In this document: positions 10,201-16,394 of the stretch, piece by piece
How the letters are laid out: every line of letters begins with the position of its first letter
Numbering within the stretch: position 1 is the first letter of the stretch
From: Flavobacteriaceae bacterium
Lineage (GTDB): Bacteria > Bacteroidota > Bacteroidia > Flavobacteriales > Flavobacteriaceae
NCBI GenBank assembly: GCA_965224465.1
Contig: OZ245049.1
Location: 3,420,001-3,452,000 of the forward strand
Direction: 5' to 3'
Length of the DNA stretch: 32,000 nt
Notes under the pieces: generated by a model
Seen by the model: the letters and a program-made list of their open reading frames with translations, nothing else
Databases searched by the model: none
Told to the model about the DNA's origin: nothing
Made by a program: the position numbers and the translations under genes

Positions 10201-10426
10201 TGAAGATTACCCAGATAATTTAGTCCAAATATATAATAGGTGGGGGAATTTAGTATTTGAGGTTCATGGATATGATAATAAATCAAAGGTGTTTTCAGGT
10301 TCTGCAAATAGATTAAATAAATTAGGAGCGAATACCTTACCAAAAGGAACCTACTTTTTCTATATAAAAATAATGGGAGAGCACGCATTAAAAAAGACAG
10401 AAGGGTTTTTAATTTTAAAGAGGTAA
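4238..10426 (+). CDS. Giant cell-surface protein: FG-GAP/integrin-alpha-like repeats, HYR-like Ig domains and a T9SS type-B (gliding-motility-associated) C-terminal sorting domain
   Basis: 2062-aa ORF with a signal peptide (KTLLYLLLFCFFFNVDNSFAQQ). Many repeats of the form G.S...AGD.NGDG..D...GAP...G..YV.FG across nt ~4400-7490. One HYR-like domain lies at ~5850-6090, and ten more lie in the tandem array. The last 94 aa (from nt 10142) read KYGFSPDGDGVNETW...IYNRWGNLVFE...LPKGTYFFYI...GFLILKR. Confidence 0.93.
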   Translation: MSPLLDVKTVFKSCKTLLYLLLFCFFFNVDNSFAQQCPNIPISELVFSKGFEIEEDARGNGFGRSIDTAGDINGDGITDFIIGAPKEGLSDLARTFVVFGKDNINIETFNVSTLNGSNGFEIVATNENESLGFSVSTAGDFNGDGIADLILGMPKDSNSSAVVASGKIVVVYGSTNPFPASLSVSDITGANGFIIQGQQADGNDGFGTLVNELGDVNKDGFGDIGVTAPKLSANGKRGRIYVVFGQSSFAATSKISDLPADKMFYIDNLDTDIAANVSSLNDFNGDGIDDVILSFSESNANPVGSKYKEGNVYVVFGKQSSFGSFLDLNVLNGSNGFSIYGLNGYDNLGASIGGLDINGDGISDAVIGASGFDGPVNYSVGRVYTIFGSTSLFPSVFDLNTLNGTNGFVISGDVSNAKIGMSIANAGDYNNDAIDDVVFGSNAKGGVDTYGAMYVLFGKNTSWDAEINVSDFTGSLGIEIYNDILYGGRYDFSNGVAGLGDINNDGFSDIAAGLPLFKRKGRAFVSFGQSANYVDNALPEITTCPTNIALFINSTIPNFIYKIKASDNCTDANDLIYKQIPIQGTPFTGDTTVRITVEDEKGNVSIPCTVTLSLKPAPTPLDCTSNVFSVSNLNGANGFYINGNDPIGEFGKSVSNAGDFNGDGFDDFIVTAPGEYTKRRGVAYVIYGKASGFSPNFDVSLITAATGIILTGSNPDRHHSLGVFASSAGDINGDGIDDIMIGDPYVSVSGRREPGETFVVFGRTNPLPSLDLMLLDGTDGFIIRGDVAWDRIGEGLSFGGDINNDGIDDIVLGAPGIDVFAKDSGACVVIFGKNGAFDPVIETSDINGINGFFITGIEENDTIGNLPTWLGDVNGDGIDDFGFTSRYLKKAFVVFGKSSPFDKTMTIDELTGVNGFTIDFGGFPESLYGGISGIGDVNADGINDFCIASKFVLFGKNTGYDRLESIADLNGTNGFVLKTKAKKVSRAGDFNGDGKDDFLISYNNRSLYVVFGATVWGSELDYTGASFKSQHGIVIRGMRFSSFFYAGDINKDNYSDLVMGYFIGYNRDEVYGFPGDGHVVFGFNIQDTEKPVFTSCLSAQTLNIGDLLPDYTSQVVVNDNCDNNPSITQSPLAGTAYANGMLVTITAKDASGNSNTCSVTITDNLDTEKPIITRCVSDQVVSCTSTVLLDYTNDVLATDNRDVFADLVISQSPSAGAAFVEGMSIEIKVTDASGNFELCHFKITSQDTEKPVFTSCLSAQTLNIGDLLPDYTSQVVVNDNCDNNPSITQSPLAGTAYANGMLVTITAKDASGNSNTCSVTITDNLDTEKPIITRCVSDQVVSCTSTVLLDYTNDVLATDNRDAFADLVISQSPSAGAAFVEGMSIEIKVTDASGNFELCHFKITSQDTEKPVFTSCLSAQTLNIGDLLPDYTSQVVVNDNCDNNPSITQSPLAGTAYANGMLVTITAKDASGNSNTCSVTITDNLDTEKPIITRCVSDQVVSCTSTVLLDYTNDVLATDNRDVFADLVISQSPSAGAAFVEGMSIEIKVTDASGNFELCHFKITSQDTEKPVFTSCLSAQTLNIGDLLPDYTSQVVVNDNCDNNPSITQSPLAGTAYANGMLVTITAKDASGNSNTCSVTITDNLDTEKPIITRCVSDQVVSCTSTVLLDYTNDVLATDNRDAFADLVISQSPSAGAAFVEGMSIEIKVTDASGNFEVCYFKITSQDTEKPIFTSCLSAQTLNIGDLLPDYTSQVVVSDNCDNNPSITQSPLAGTAYTNGMLVTITAKDASGNSNTCSVTITDNLDTEKPIITRCVSDQVVSCTSTVLLDYTNDVLATDNRDAFADLVIIQSPSAGTAFVEGMLIYISVMDASGNVSSCDFRIDKLTVEVYAGMDEKIIEGGSVMLNASLDSGTYLWSPSTGLSDVNVYNPVASPTETTTYLLMFVSDLGCESFDEITVHVEKKWDNTKYGFSPDGDGVNETWLIDKIEDYPDNLVQIYNRWGNLVFEVHGYDNKSKVFSGSANRLNKLGANTLPKGTYFFYIKIMGEHALKKTEGFLILKR
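7493..9892 (+). repeat. Five tandem 480-bp (160-aa) coding repeats, each encoding two HYR-like domains
   Basis: Units start at 7493, 7973, 8453, 8933 and 9413. Units 1-4 differ by only a few nt. Units 1 and 3 share GATAATAGGGATGTGTTTG, and units 2 and 4 share GACAATAGGGATGCTTTTG (an A-B-A-B pattern). Unit 5 diverges toward its 3' end. Confidence 0.97.
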
Positions 10427-10432
10427 TAGAAG

Positions 10433-11330
10433 ATGAATAAGATCGTACTAAGTTTTGTGTTTTTTTTACTTTTAATAACTTGTTTTGCTCAGCAAACTTC
10501 AGCAGTCATTAATTATAATTACAATACTATTAAATTCAATCCAGCGTATGCAGGTTACTATAAAAACACAGATATTTCCATTACGAATACTAATTTTTTA
10601 AAAAGTGTTGAAGGCAGTCCTCAAACATTTAGTTTAATGGTTAACAGCCCTACAAATAATGAAAAAGTAGGTTTAGGTTTTGGGTTTGTTAGCGATAAAA
10701 TAGGGCTGCTTAAAACCAACTCATACTTTGCTTCTTTTGCATTGAAAATCCCTTTTGATAATGGAGGTCCCAATGGGCATTGGTGGGATTTCTTTTGGAA
10801 TAAATGCAGGGTTTGTTCAACTTAGTGAAGATCTATTAAGTTTAGGTATAGATAACGACAAGCATTTTGCTTCAAATATAAACGAAACCATTCCAACATT
10901 TAGTACAGGAGTGCTTTTTAATGATACTTATTTCTTTGTAGGCTTATCCGCAATTAATTTGATAAAAGCTAAAAACATATCAGAAACAGCTTTTAATCTA
11001 GAAAATAGTTTGTATTTACACATGGGGTATCGGTTTTTTGCGAGTAAGTATAGAAATGATTTTTTAATAACGCCAAGTTTTCTTCTAAAGAAAGTAAAAG
11101 GAGTTGCCATTCAGTTGGATACAAATGTATTGGTGAATTATAAAAATAAGGTAGAAATTGGAGTTGGTTATAGAACGGAAAGTGCGTTTAATATTATGAT
11201 GGGTTGTTTTATTAGCTCTAATCTACAGTTGTTATATAATTATTCCTATGGTGTAAATAAGCGTAGTCCTGTTCAGAAATCTCAAGGATTGGTGATAAGG
11301 TATCGTTTTGGAAATGGATTTAGTTCTTAA
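10433..11330 (+). pseudogene. T9SS membrane protein PorP/SprF family, interrupted by a +1 frameshift near 10757-10772
   Basis: Two overlapping ORFs (10433-10825 and 10755-11330) together give a typical PorP/SprF length of ~300 aa. N-terminal signature: AQQ...NPAYAGYY...GSPQTF...KVGLGFGFVSDKIGLLK. Deleting one G in GGAGG (~10763-10767) would read ...FDNGVPMGIGGISFGINAGF... continuously. Confidence 0.8.
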
Positions 11331-11331
11331 T

Positions 11332-11453
11332 TTAATTACAGTCCAAAATGACCGATATAAATAGGTTGTTTTACGTTTTATAGATGTTAAAAAACAGAAT
11401 GATAACTATGGCTATTCTTCCATTTTTAAACCATCACTTCGAATTGTATTTGC
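11332..11453 (+). repeat. MITE-like palindromic intergenic element, copy A (internally deleted, 122 bp)
   Basis: The 5' end TTAATTACAGTCCAAAATGACCGATATAAATAGGTTGTTTTACG and the 3' end AAACCATCACTTCGAATTGTATTTGC align to copies B, D and E. It lacks the segment that reads GCCTAGCT...AATTCTATTT in the full copies. It starts 1 nt after the PorP/SprF stop. Confidence 0.8.
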
Positions 11454-11564
11454 TATAAATCCTATTTTACGTATTGCCACGTTGGGGCTTATTTTGAAGA
11501 GAAATAGGCACTCTATTTATGGGGGATATACGTTTTTTAAAGAGAGTGAACACGCTTGTTCCCG

Positions 11565-12314
11565 TTATATATCATTTTTCAAACTGCTTAAAAAATCAGC
11601 TCTTCGGTTTCTGGAAACAGGTACTTTTGAGTTTTCAGAAAGGAGTACATAGCCTTCGTTTAAATACTTTTCTATATAGTTTATATTGATTAAATGTGAT
11701 TTGTGAACTAAATAAAAACCTTGGTTCTCGAGCATTTTTTTAAAATATCCAACACTGTTAGAACTCAAAAACGATTTGTTTTTTGTCAAGTGTATGTTGG
11801 TATATCCATCCGTTCCTTCACAGCGTATGATATGGTCTATTTTTATAAACTCTAGCCCATCCTGAGTTGGGACTATTATTTTTTTGTTTTGAGAACGTTG
11901 TACTCCCAAATTTTCGATCAGGTTTTTGTTTTTTTGAAGGGCTGTTTTTTCTTTGATATTTAGACTGGCATTGTGTACTGCTAAAATCAAATCATCGTTG
12001 TCTATTGGTTTTACTAAATATCCTATTGCACACTGGTTGATGGCTTCGATGGCGTAATCGTCAAAAGCAGTGGCGAAAATAATTTCGAAATTAGGGGTCT
12101 CGAACTGCTTTAATAACTCAAAACCGTTCATCTCAGGCATCGCGATATCCAAAAATAGTAGCTGTGGTTTTAATTCCTTTATCAAAGAAATACCAACAGA
12201 AGGCTTGGTGGTTTCCCCTACAATATGTAGTTCAGGACAAAAACGTTCTATCTTGTTTTTTAGAATAGCTAAGGCTTTGCGCTCATCATCAATTAAAAGT
12301 GTAGAAATTTTCAT
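11565..12314 (-). CDS. LytTR-family two-component response regulator
   Basis: N-terminal receiver domain (LLIDDE..., LLFLDIAMPEMNGFELL) and a C-terminal LytTR-type DNA-binding region (IKIDHIIRCEGTDGYTNIHL...LVHKSHLINI). Confidence 0.9.
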   Translation of the reverse strand: MKISTLLIDDERKALAILKNKIERFCPELHIVGETTKPSVGISLIKELKPQLLFLDIAMPEMNGFELLKQFETPNFEIIFATAFDDYAIEAINQCAIGYLVKPIDNDDLILAVHNASLNIKEKTALQKNKNLIENLGVQRSQNKKIIVPTQDGLEFIKIDHIIRCEGTDGYTNIHLTKNKSFLSSNSVGYFKKMLENQGFYLVHKSHLININYIEKYLNEGYVLLSENSKVPVSRNRRADFLSSLKNDI

Positions 12315-12318
12315 AGTT

Positions 12319-13152
12319 TTATTTTTTGCTTATAGAGGCGTTGTTTGTAGTATGGAACGATTGGTTAAATACTAAGCTTACTTCGGTACCGTTAAGATTT
12401 CTTGAAGACAGATCGGTAATGGAAAAATTAATATCAAAATTAGAACTGTCTTTTAGAAGGCTCAGCCGTTCTTCCAAAACCAATGATGAATGTGGTTTTC
12501 TATTTCGAGACAGTGTTTTGGTCATTTCAAGTCCTTTGTTTATTCCAATGCCATTGTCTGTAATTATTACTTTAAAATGATGCTCTTTAATTGCAATGAA
12601 TTCAATACGTACTTTTCCGATTCTTTTACTGTGAAAAATACCGTGATTAATTGCGTTCTCTACAATCGGTTGTAACAGCATAGAAGGAATGTATTCGTCC
12701 TCAGTATCTAATCTTGAATCTATACAAATGGTGTATTCCAACTGCTCTTCAAAGCGTAATTTTTCTATCTGTAAATAGTTTTCTAATAGTTTTATTTCGT
12801 CCTGTATACTTATGTACTGCTTGCGAGAATAATCAAAAAATAAACGCATTAGTTTAGAGAATTTAGACAGGTATTTTTCCGAAGTTTCAACATCATTTCG
12901 CTGGATATAGTACTGTATGGCATTCAGTGAATTGTGAATAAAATGAGGATTCATTTGCCCTCGAAGTGCATTTAGCTGGAGTTCGTGTACTTTTTTTTGA
13001 TGCTCCAATGCTTTGGTGAGTTTATCTTGGATCAATTGATTTTTACGATTGTTAAAAACGATGAATAAAAACACGAGTGCCCCTATGATCAAAAAGGTGA
13101 TACAGAACAATACTAGAAGTATGTTATTTATGTCGTTTTCTTGGGCTTGCAT
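12319..13152 (-). CDS. Sensor histidine kinase, LytS/YehU-like (His_kinase plus HATPase_c)
   Basis: One transmembrane helix, a coiled region, then LRGQMNPHFIHNSLNAI (phospho-acceptor His box of the LytS type) and an ATPase region (LLQPIVENAINHG...DNGIGI). Stop lies 4 nt upstream of the regulator's start codon. Confidence 0.85.
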   Translation of the reverse strand: MQAQENDINNILLVLFCITFLIIGALVFLFIVFNNRKNQLIQDKLTKALEHQKKVHELQLNALRGQMNPHFIHNSLNAIQYYIQRNDVETSEKYLSKFSKLMRLFFDYSRKQYISIQDEIKLLENYLQIEKLRFEEQLEYTICIDSRLDTEDEYIPSMLLQPIVENAINHGIFHSKRIGKVRIEFIAIKEHHFKVIITDNGIGINKGLEMTKTLSRNRKPHSSLVLEERLSLLKDSSNFDINFSITDLSSRNLNGTEVSLVFNQSFHTTNNASISKK

Positions 13153-13757
13153 AATAATCCGATTGTGATAAAACCATATAAAATAATGTTGAGTATCGTT
13201 AATGAAATCCGATAGGTACTGGAAGCAAATATGTTATTATATCTCTGAAGCAGCTGTAAGGGCAAAAATCCAATATGGAAAATAAGCAAGCCAGAAACAA
13301 TCCAAAATTTTCTCAGTCTTAAGTAATCAATAGCCTTGTCTTGCTTTAATAAATCTGCATAAAACAACGTTGCGCAAACTAATAATATAAGTGTACCTGC
13401 AGTTAAAGCAGGCCTCCATAACTGGGTAAAAAAAGCATCAAACATTAAAGAGTATATGATGGATGCAATAAAAAGGAGGCTTAAAAAACATGTGAGTAGC
13501 GGTCTGTTCAGGAGTTTGTAAAACCAATATAGATAAAACGAAAAAGATATTAGAATGTAAATATTATAGATAAACTGACTTTTGATATGAAAAAATACAG
13601 GAATTAGATATCCTAAAAACTCTGTAATTAGGACATAGGAAAGGAAAAATAAGAAGTTCCTTTCCGTTGTCTCTTTGTAATTTTTCCATTGAACTACCGC
13701 TACAATAAAGGCAGTAATTTGTGCGGACCAAAATAATATGTCTAATACTAGGCGCAT
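13128..13757 (-). CDS. Polytopic membrane protein (about 7 predicted TM helices), possibly the detached sensor domain of the adjacent kinase
   Basis: 209-aa ORF made almost entirely of hydrophobic helices. Its 3' end overlaps the kinase ORF start by 25 nt in another frame. Confidence 0.65.
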   Translation of the reverse strand: MRLVLDILFWSAQITAFIVAVVQWKNYKETTERNFLFFLSYVLITEFLGYLIPVFFHIKSQFIYNIYILISFSFYLYWFYKLLNRPLLTCFLSLLFIASIIYSLMFDAFFTQLWRPALTAGTLILLVCATLFYADLLKQDKAIDYLRLRKFWIVSGLLIFHIGFLPLQLLQRYNNIFASSTYRISLTILNIILYGFITIGLLCKPKKTT

Positions 13758-13758
13758 G

Positions 13759-14232
13759 TTAGTTTTCTCCGTAGATGTCTGCAGGCTCTCCAGAACTTCC
13801 GAAATTTAAGGCGTTGATGCCTGTAGAGTTTGTGTTTGTAAACGCTGTTCCTTTTGCTTCAGTTTGGTGAGTTGGTGCTAAAAACACGGTTGTTTTATAA
13901 GGGGCGTCTCCTTGTTTTTTTGCGCCTAAATACACCCGAATTCCTACGTTTTTATATCCTTTTTTCTTGGATTCCTTTTTTACATAATCAAGGTAGTTTT
14001 CTAAATTCTCTAAGTTAAAAAATACTTCCCTGTGATCTTGGAAGTGTATGTGAAGACTATCGCTTAGGTGTTTATTAATGAATCGATATTGGTTTTCTGT
14101 ATAATTTTTTTCATAGGATAGTGCAGTTTTTTGATCGATAAGTCCCGTAGGTTTTTTGTATTCCCGACAAGGAGTACAGGCGAGTATTGTACCTAATAAA
14201 GCACTGAGTAGTACTGTTGTTGATTTTTTCAT
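13759..14232 (-). CDS. Hypothetical lipoprotein, first gene of the putative four-gene sensor operon
   Basis: 157-aa ORF with a lipoprotein signal (LLSALLGTILAC). Its stop is 1 nt from the next ORF's start. Confidence 0.65.
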   Translation of the reverse strand: MKKSTTVLLSALLGTILACTPCREYKKPTGLIDQKTALSYEKNYTENQYRFINKHLSDSLHIHFQDHREVFFNLENLENYLDYVKKESKKKGYKNVGIRVYLGAKKQGDAPYKTTVFLAPTHQTEAKGTAFTNTNSTGINALNFGSSGEPADIYGEN

Positions 14233-14473
14233 AAGAGCGTTTTATTTTTGTTAAGATACTTAAAATTAATTAGTTCCTCCTGTTTTGTGCTGTAAGAGGG
14301 ATGTCTGAGTCGAAGTAATATTTCTATTGCCTCGATACAGCCAGCCTTACTAATGTATTTAAATAATAGGATAAAACTAGGCTGATAAAAGCGGGTATCA
14401 AATACACACTTCGTAAAACTAGTAGTTGAGTCTAATAGTGGTTATGTATGAGTCATGATCTGTATTTTGTAGC

Positions 14474-14549
14474 TGCCTAGTTTTATGTTCTCTACGTGGA
14501 TCATTTAGTTTTTAAAGTTCTTTTTCTAAACCGTCACTTGGGAATTTAA
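14474..14549 (+). repeat. MITE-like element, copy F (3' half only, degenerate)
   Basis: TTCTAAACCGTCACTTGGGAATTTAATTA matches the 3' arm of copies D and E. The upstream part (TGCCTAG...) resembles the internal GCCTAGCT segment only loosely. Confidence 0.55.
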
Positions 14550-14737
14550 TTATAAATCAACACTTTATTTTCAAAGATACAAAACACATCGCATTGCACA
14601 GAAATTATGCACCTACTTAAGAATACTTAAAGTCTGTCTAGTTAAGTTGTCTTAAAAGTTAAGAGGCGATGTGTTCTGAGGAAGAGAAATCCCTTAATCC
14701 TTTTCGCTTTTGGCTAGATGTAAACCCAAAAAATAAG

Positions 14738-14745
14738 TACATTTG
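14738..14745 (+). promoter_or_regulatory. Candidate -7 promoter box (TAnnTTTG) upstream of map
   Basis: TACATTTG lies 18 nt before the ATG at 14763. A TTTG at 14709-14712 is 25 nt upstream, slightly longer than the usual spacing. Confidence 0.35.
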
Positions 14746-14762
14746 CATAAAAAGTACAGTCC

Positions 14763-15587
14763 ATGAGCGGAATTATAATAAAATCAGCAGAACAAATCGA
14801 AATCATGCGCGAAAGTGCATTGATGGTTTCTAAAACTTTAGGAATTATTGCCAAAGAGGTAAAACCAGGAGTTACGACTTTGTTTCTAGATAAAATGGCA
14901 GAGGAATACATTCGTGATAATGGTGGGATACCAGGTTTTTTAGGATTGTATGACTTTCCAAATACTTTGTGTATGAGCCCAAATGCTCAAGTGGTACACG
15001 GAATTCCAAATGATACGCCTTTGGTAGAAGGTGATATTATCTCTATTGATTGTGGAGTCCTTAAAAATGGATATTACGGGGATCATGCCTATACTTTTGA
15101 AGTAGGAGAGGTTGCGCCAGAAACCAAAAAATTAATTGAAGTAACCAAGCAGAGTTTGTACGAAGGAATTCGTCAATTTAAAGCAGGGAACAGAGTAGGA
15201 GATGTTGGTTTTGCTATTCAGAATTATTGTGAAAATCATGGCTATGGGATTGTACGTGAATTGGTAGGGCATGGATTGGGAATGGAAATGCACGAGGAAC
15301 CTGAAATGCCAAATTACGGTCGTAGAGGACGTGGGAAAAAATTTGTTGAAGGAATGGTGGTCGCTATCGAACCAATGGTGAATATGGGGACACATCGCAT
15401 CAATCAATTAAAAGATGGTTGGACTATTTTGACCAAAGATAATAAACCAAGTGTGCATTTCGAGCACGATGTGGCAATTGTAAATGGAAAACCAGAATTA
15501 TTGTCTACGTTTAAATATGTAGACGAGGCTTTGGGAACTGTGACCAATATCGAAGATGAATTTAGAGTAGATTCTTCAAAAATATAA
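14763..15587 (+). CDS. map: Type I methionine aminopeptidase
   Basis: 274-aa ORF with the family's metal-ligand context: VVHGIPN, GDIISIDCG, YYGDHAYTF, GHGLGMEMHEEP, VVAIEPM. Confidence 0.95.
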   Translation: MSGIIIKSAEQIEIMRESALMVSKTLGIIAKEVKPGVTTLFLDKMAEEYIRDNGGIPGFLGLYDFPNTLCMSPNAQVVHGIPNDTPLVEGDIISIDCGVLKNGYYGDHAYTFEVGEVAPETKKLIEVTKQSLYEGIRQFKAGNRVGDVGFAIQNYCENHGYGIVRELVGHGLGMEMHEEPEMPNYGRRGRGKKFVEGMVVAIEPMVNMGTHRINQLKDGWTILTKDNKPSVHFEHDVAIVNGKPELLSTFKYVDEALGTVTNIEDEFRVDSSKI

Positions 15588-16348
15588 TGTCAATTTTTAA
15601 GTTCATACTAAATACCATTCCAAGACCTTATTTGTTAAAAATGAGTTACTTGGCAAGTCCCTTGTTGGCATTGTTTTATAAAGGGGATAAATTTACAGAT
15701 CCTATTGATGGGCGTAAATTCCGTAAATTATTGCCTTATGGTTATGGGAAGCAACGTGCAAATGCACTGGCTCCAGGCTCTCTGTCTTTAGAGCGGCATC
15801 GATTGATTTGGTTGTATTTAAAAAATGAGACTGACTTTTTTACTGCGCCTAAAAAAATGCTTCACATTGCGCCAGAACAGTGTTTTTTAGGAAGGTTTAA
15901 AAAACTTAAAAATTTAGAATATACCACAGCAGATTTGATTTCTCCATTGGCAGATGTCAAGGCAGATGTATGTGATTTGCCTTTTGAAGACAATACTTTT
16001 GATGTGGTGTTTTGCAACCATGTATTGGAGCATGTTACCGATGATTCTAAGGCAATGTCCGAATTATACCGTGTGTTAAAACCGGGTGGTTTGGGGATAT
16101 TTCAAATTCCTCAAGAAATAGAAAGGGCGGTTACATACGAAGATGCTACAATTACAAGTCCAGAGGAGCGTAGCAAACATTTTGGGCAATACGATCATGT
16201 ACGTGTGTACGGAATGGATTATTTTGACAAGCTTCGTTCCGTTGGTTTTAAAGTGAAAGCATTAAACTATGCAAAGACTTTAGAGGCTAATAAAGTAAGA
16301 GAATACTGCTTAATGCCTCAGGAGATTTTACCAGTTTGTAGCAAGTAA
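15587..16348 (+). CDS. Class I SAM-dependent methyltransferase
   Basis: Its start overlaps the map stop (TAATG). Methyltransf_11-like motifs: DLPFEDNTFDVVFCNHVLEHV and LYRVLKPGG. Confidence 0.8.
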   Translation: MSIFKFILNTIPRPYLLKMSYLASPLLALFYKGDKFTDPIDGRKFRKLLPYGYGKQRANALAPGSLSLERHRLIWLYLKNETDFFTAPKKMLHIAPEQCFLGRFKKLKNLEYTTADLISPLADVKADVCDLPFEDNTFDVVFCNHVLEHVTDDSKAMSELYRVLKPGGLGIFQIPQEIERAVTYEDATITSPEERSKHFGQYDHVRVYGMDYFDKLRSVGFKVKALNYAKTLEANKVREYCLMPQEILPVCSK

Positions 16349-16394
16349 GGTTTCTTCTTTTTTTACCTACTTTTACCTTTTTAATAAACCAAAA

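Noticed and set aside
10755-11330. Treating 10755-11330 (TTG start) as an independent gene
   Set aside because: Its translation continues the PorP/SprF family pattern exactly where 10433-10825 loses it, and the two ORFs overlap in adjacent frames. A single frameshifted gene explains this better.
12070-12675. Plus-strand ORFs 12070-12375, 12326-12580 and 12490-12675
   Set aside because: They are antisense to the clearly recognisable response-regulator and histidine-kinase genes and carry no motifs.
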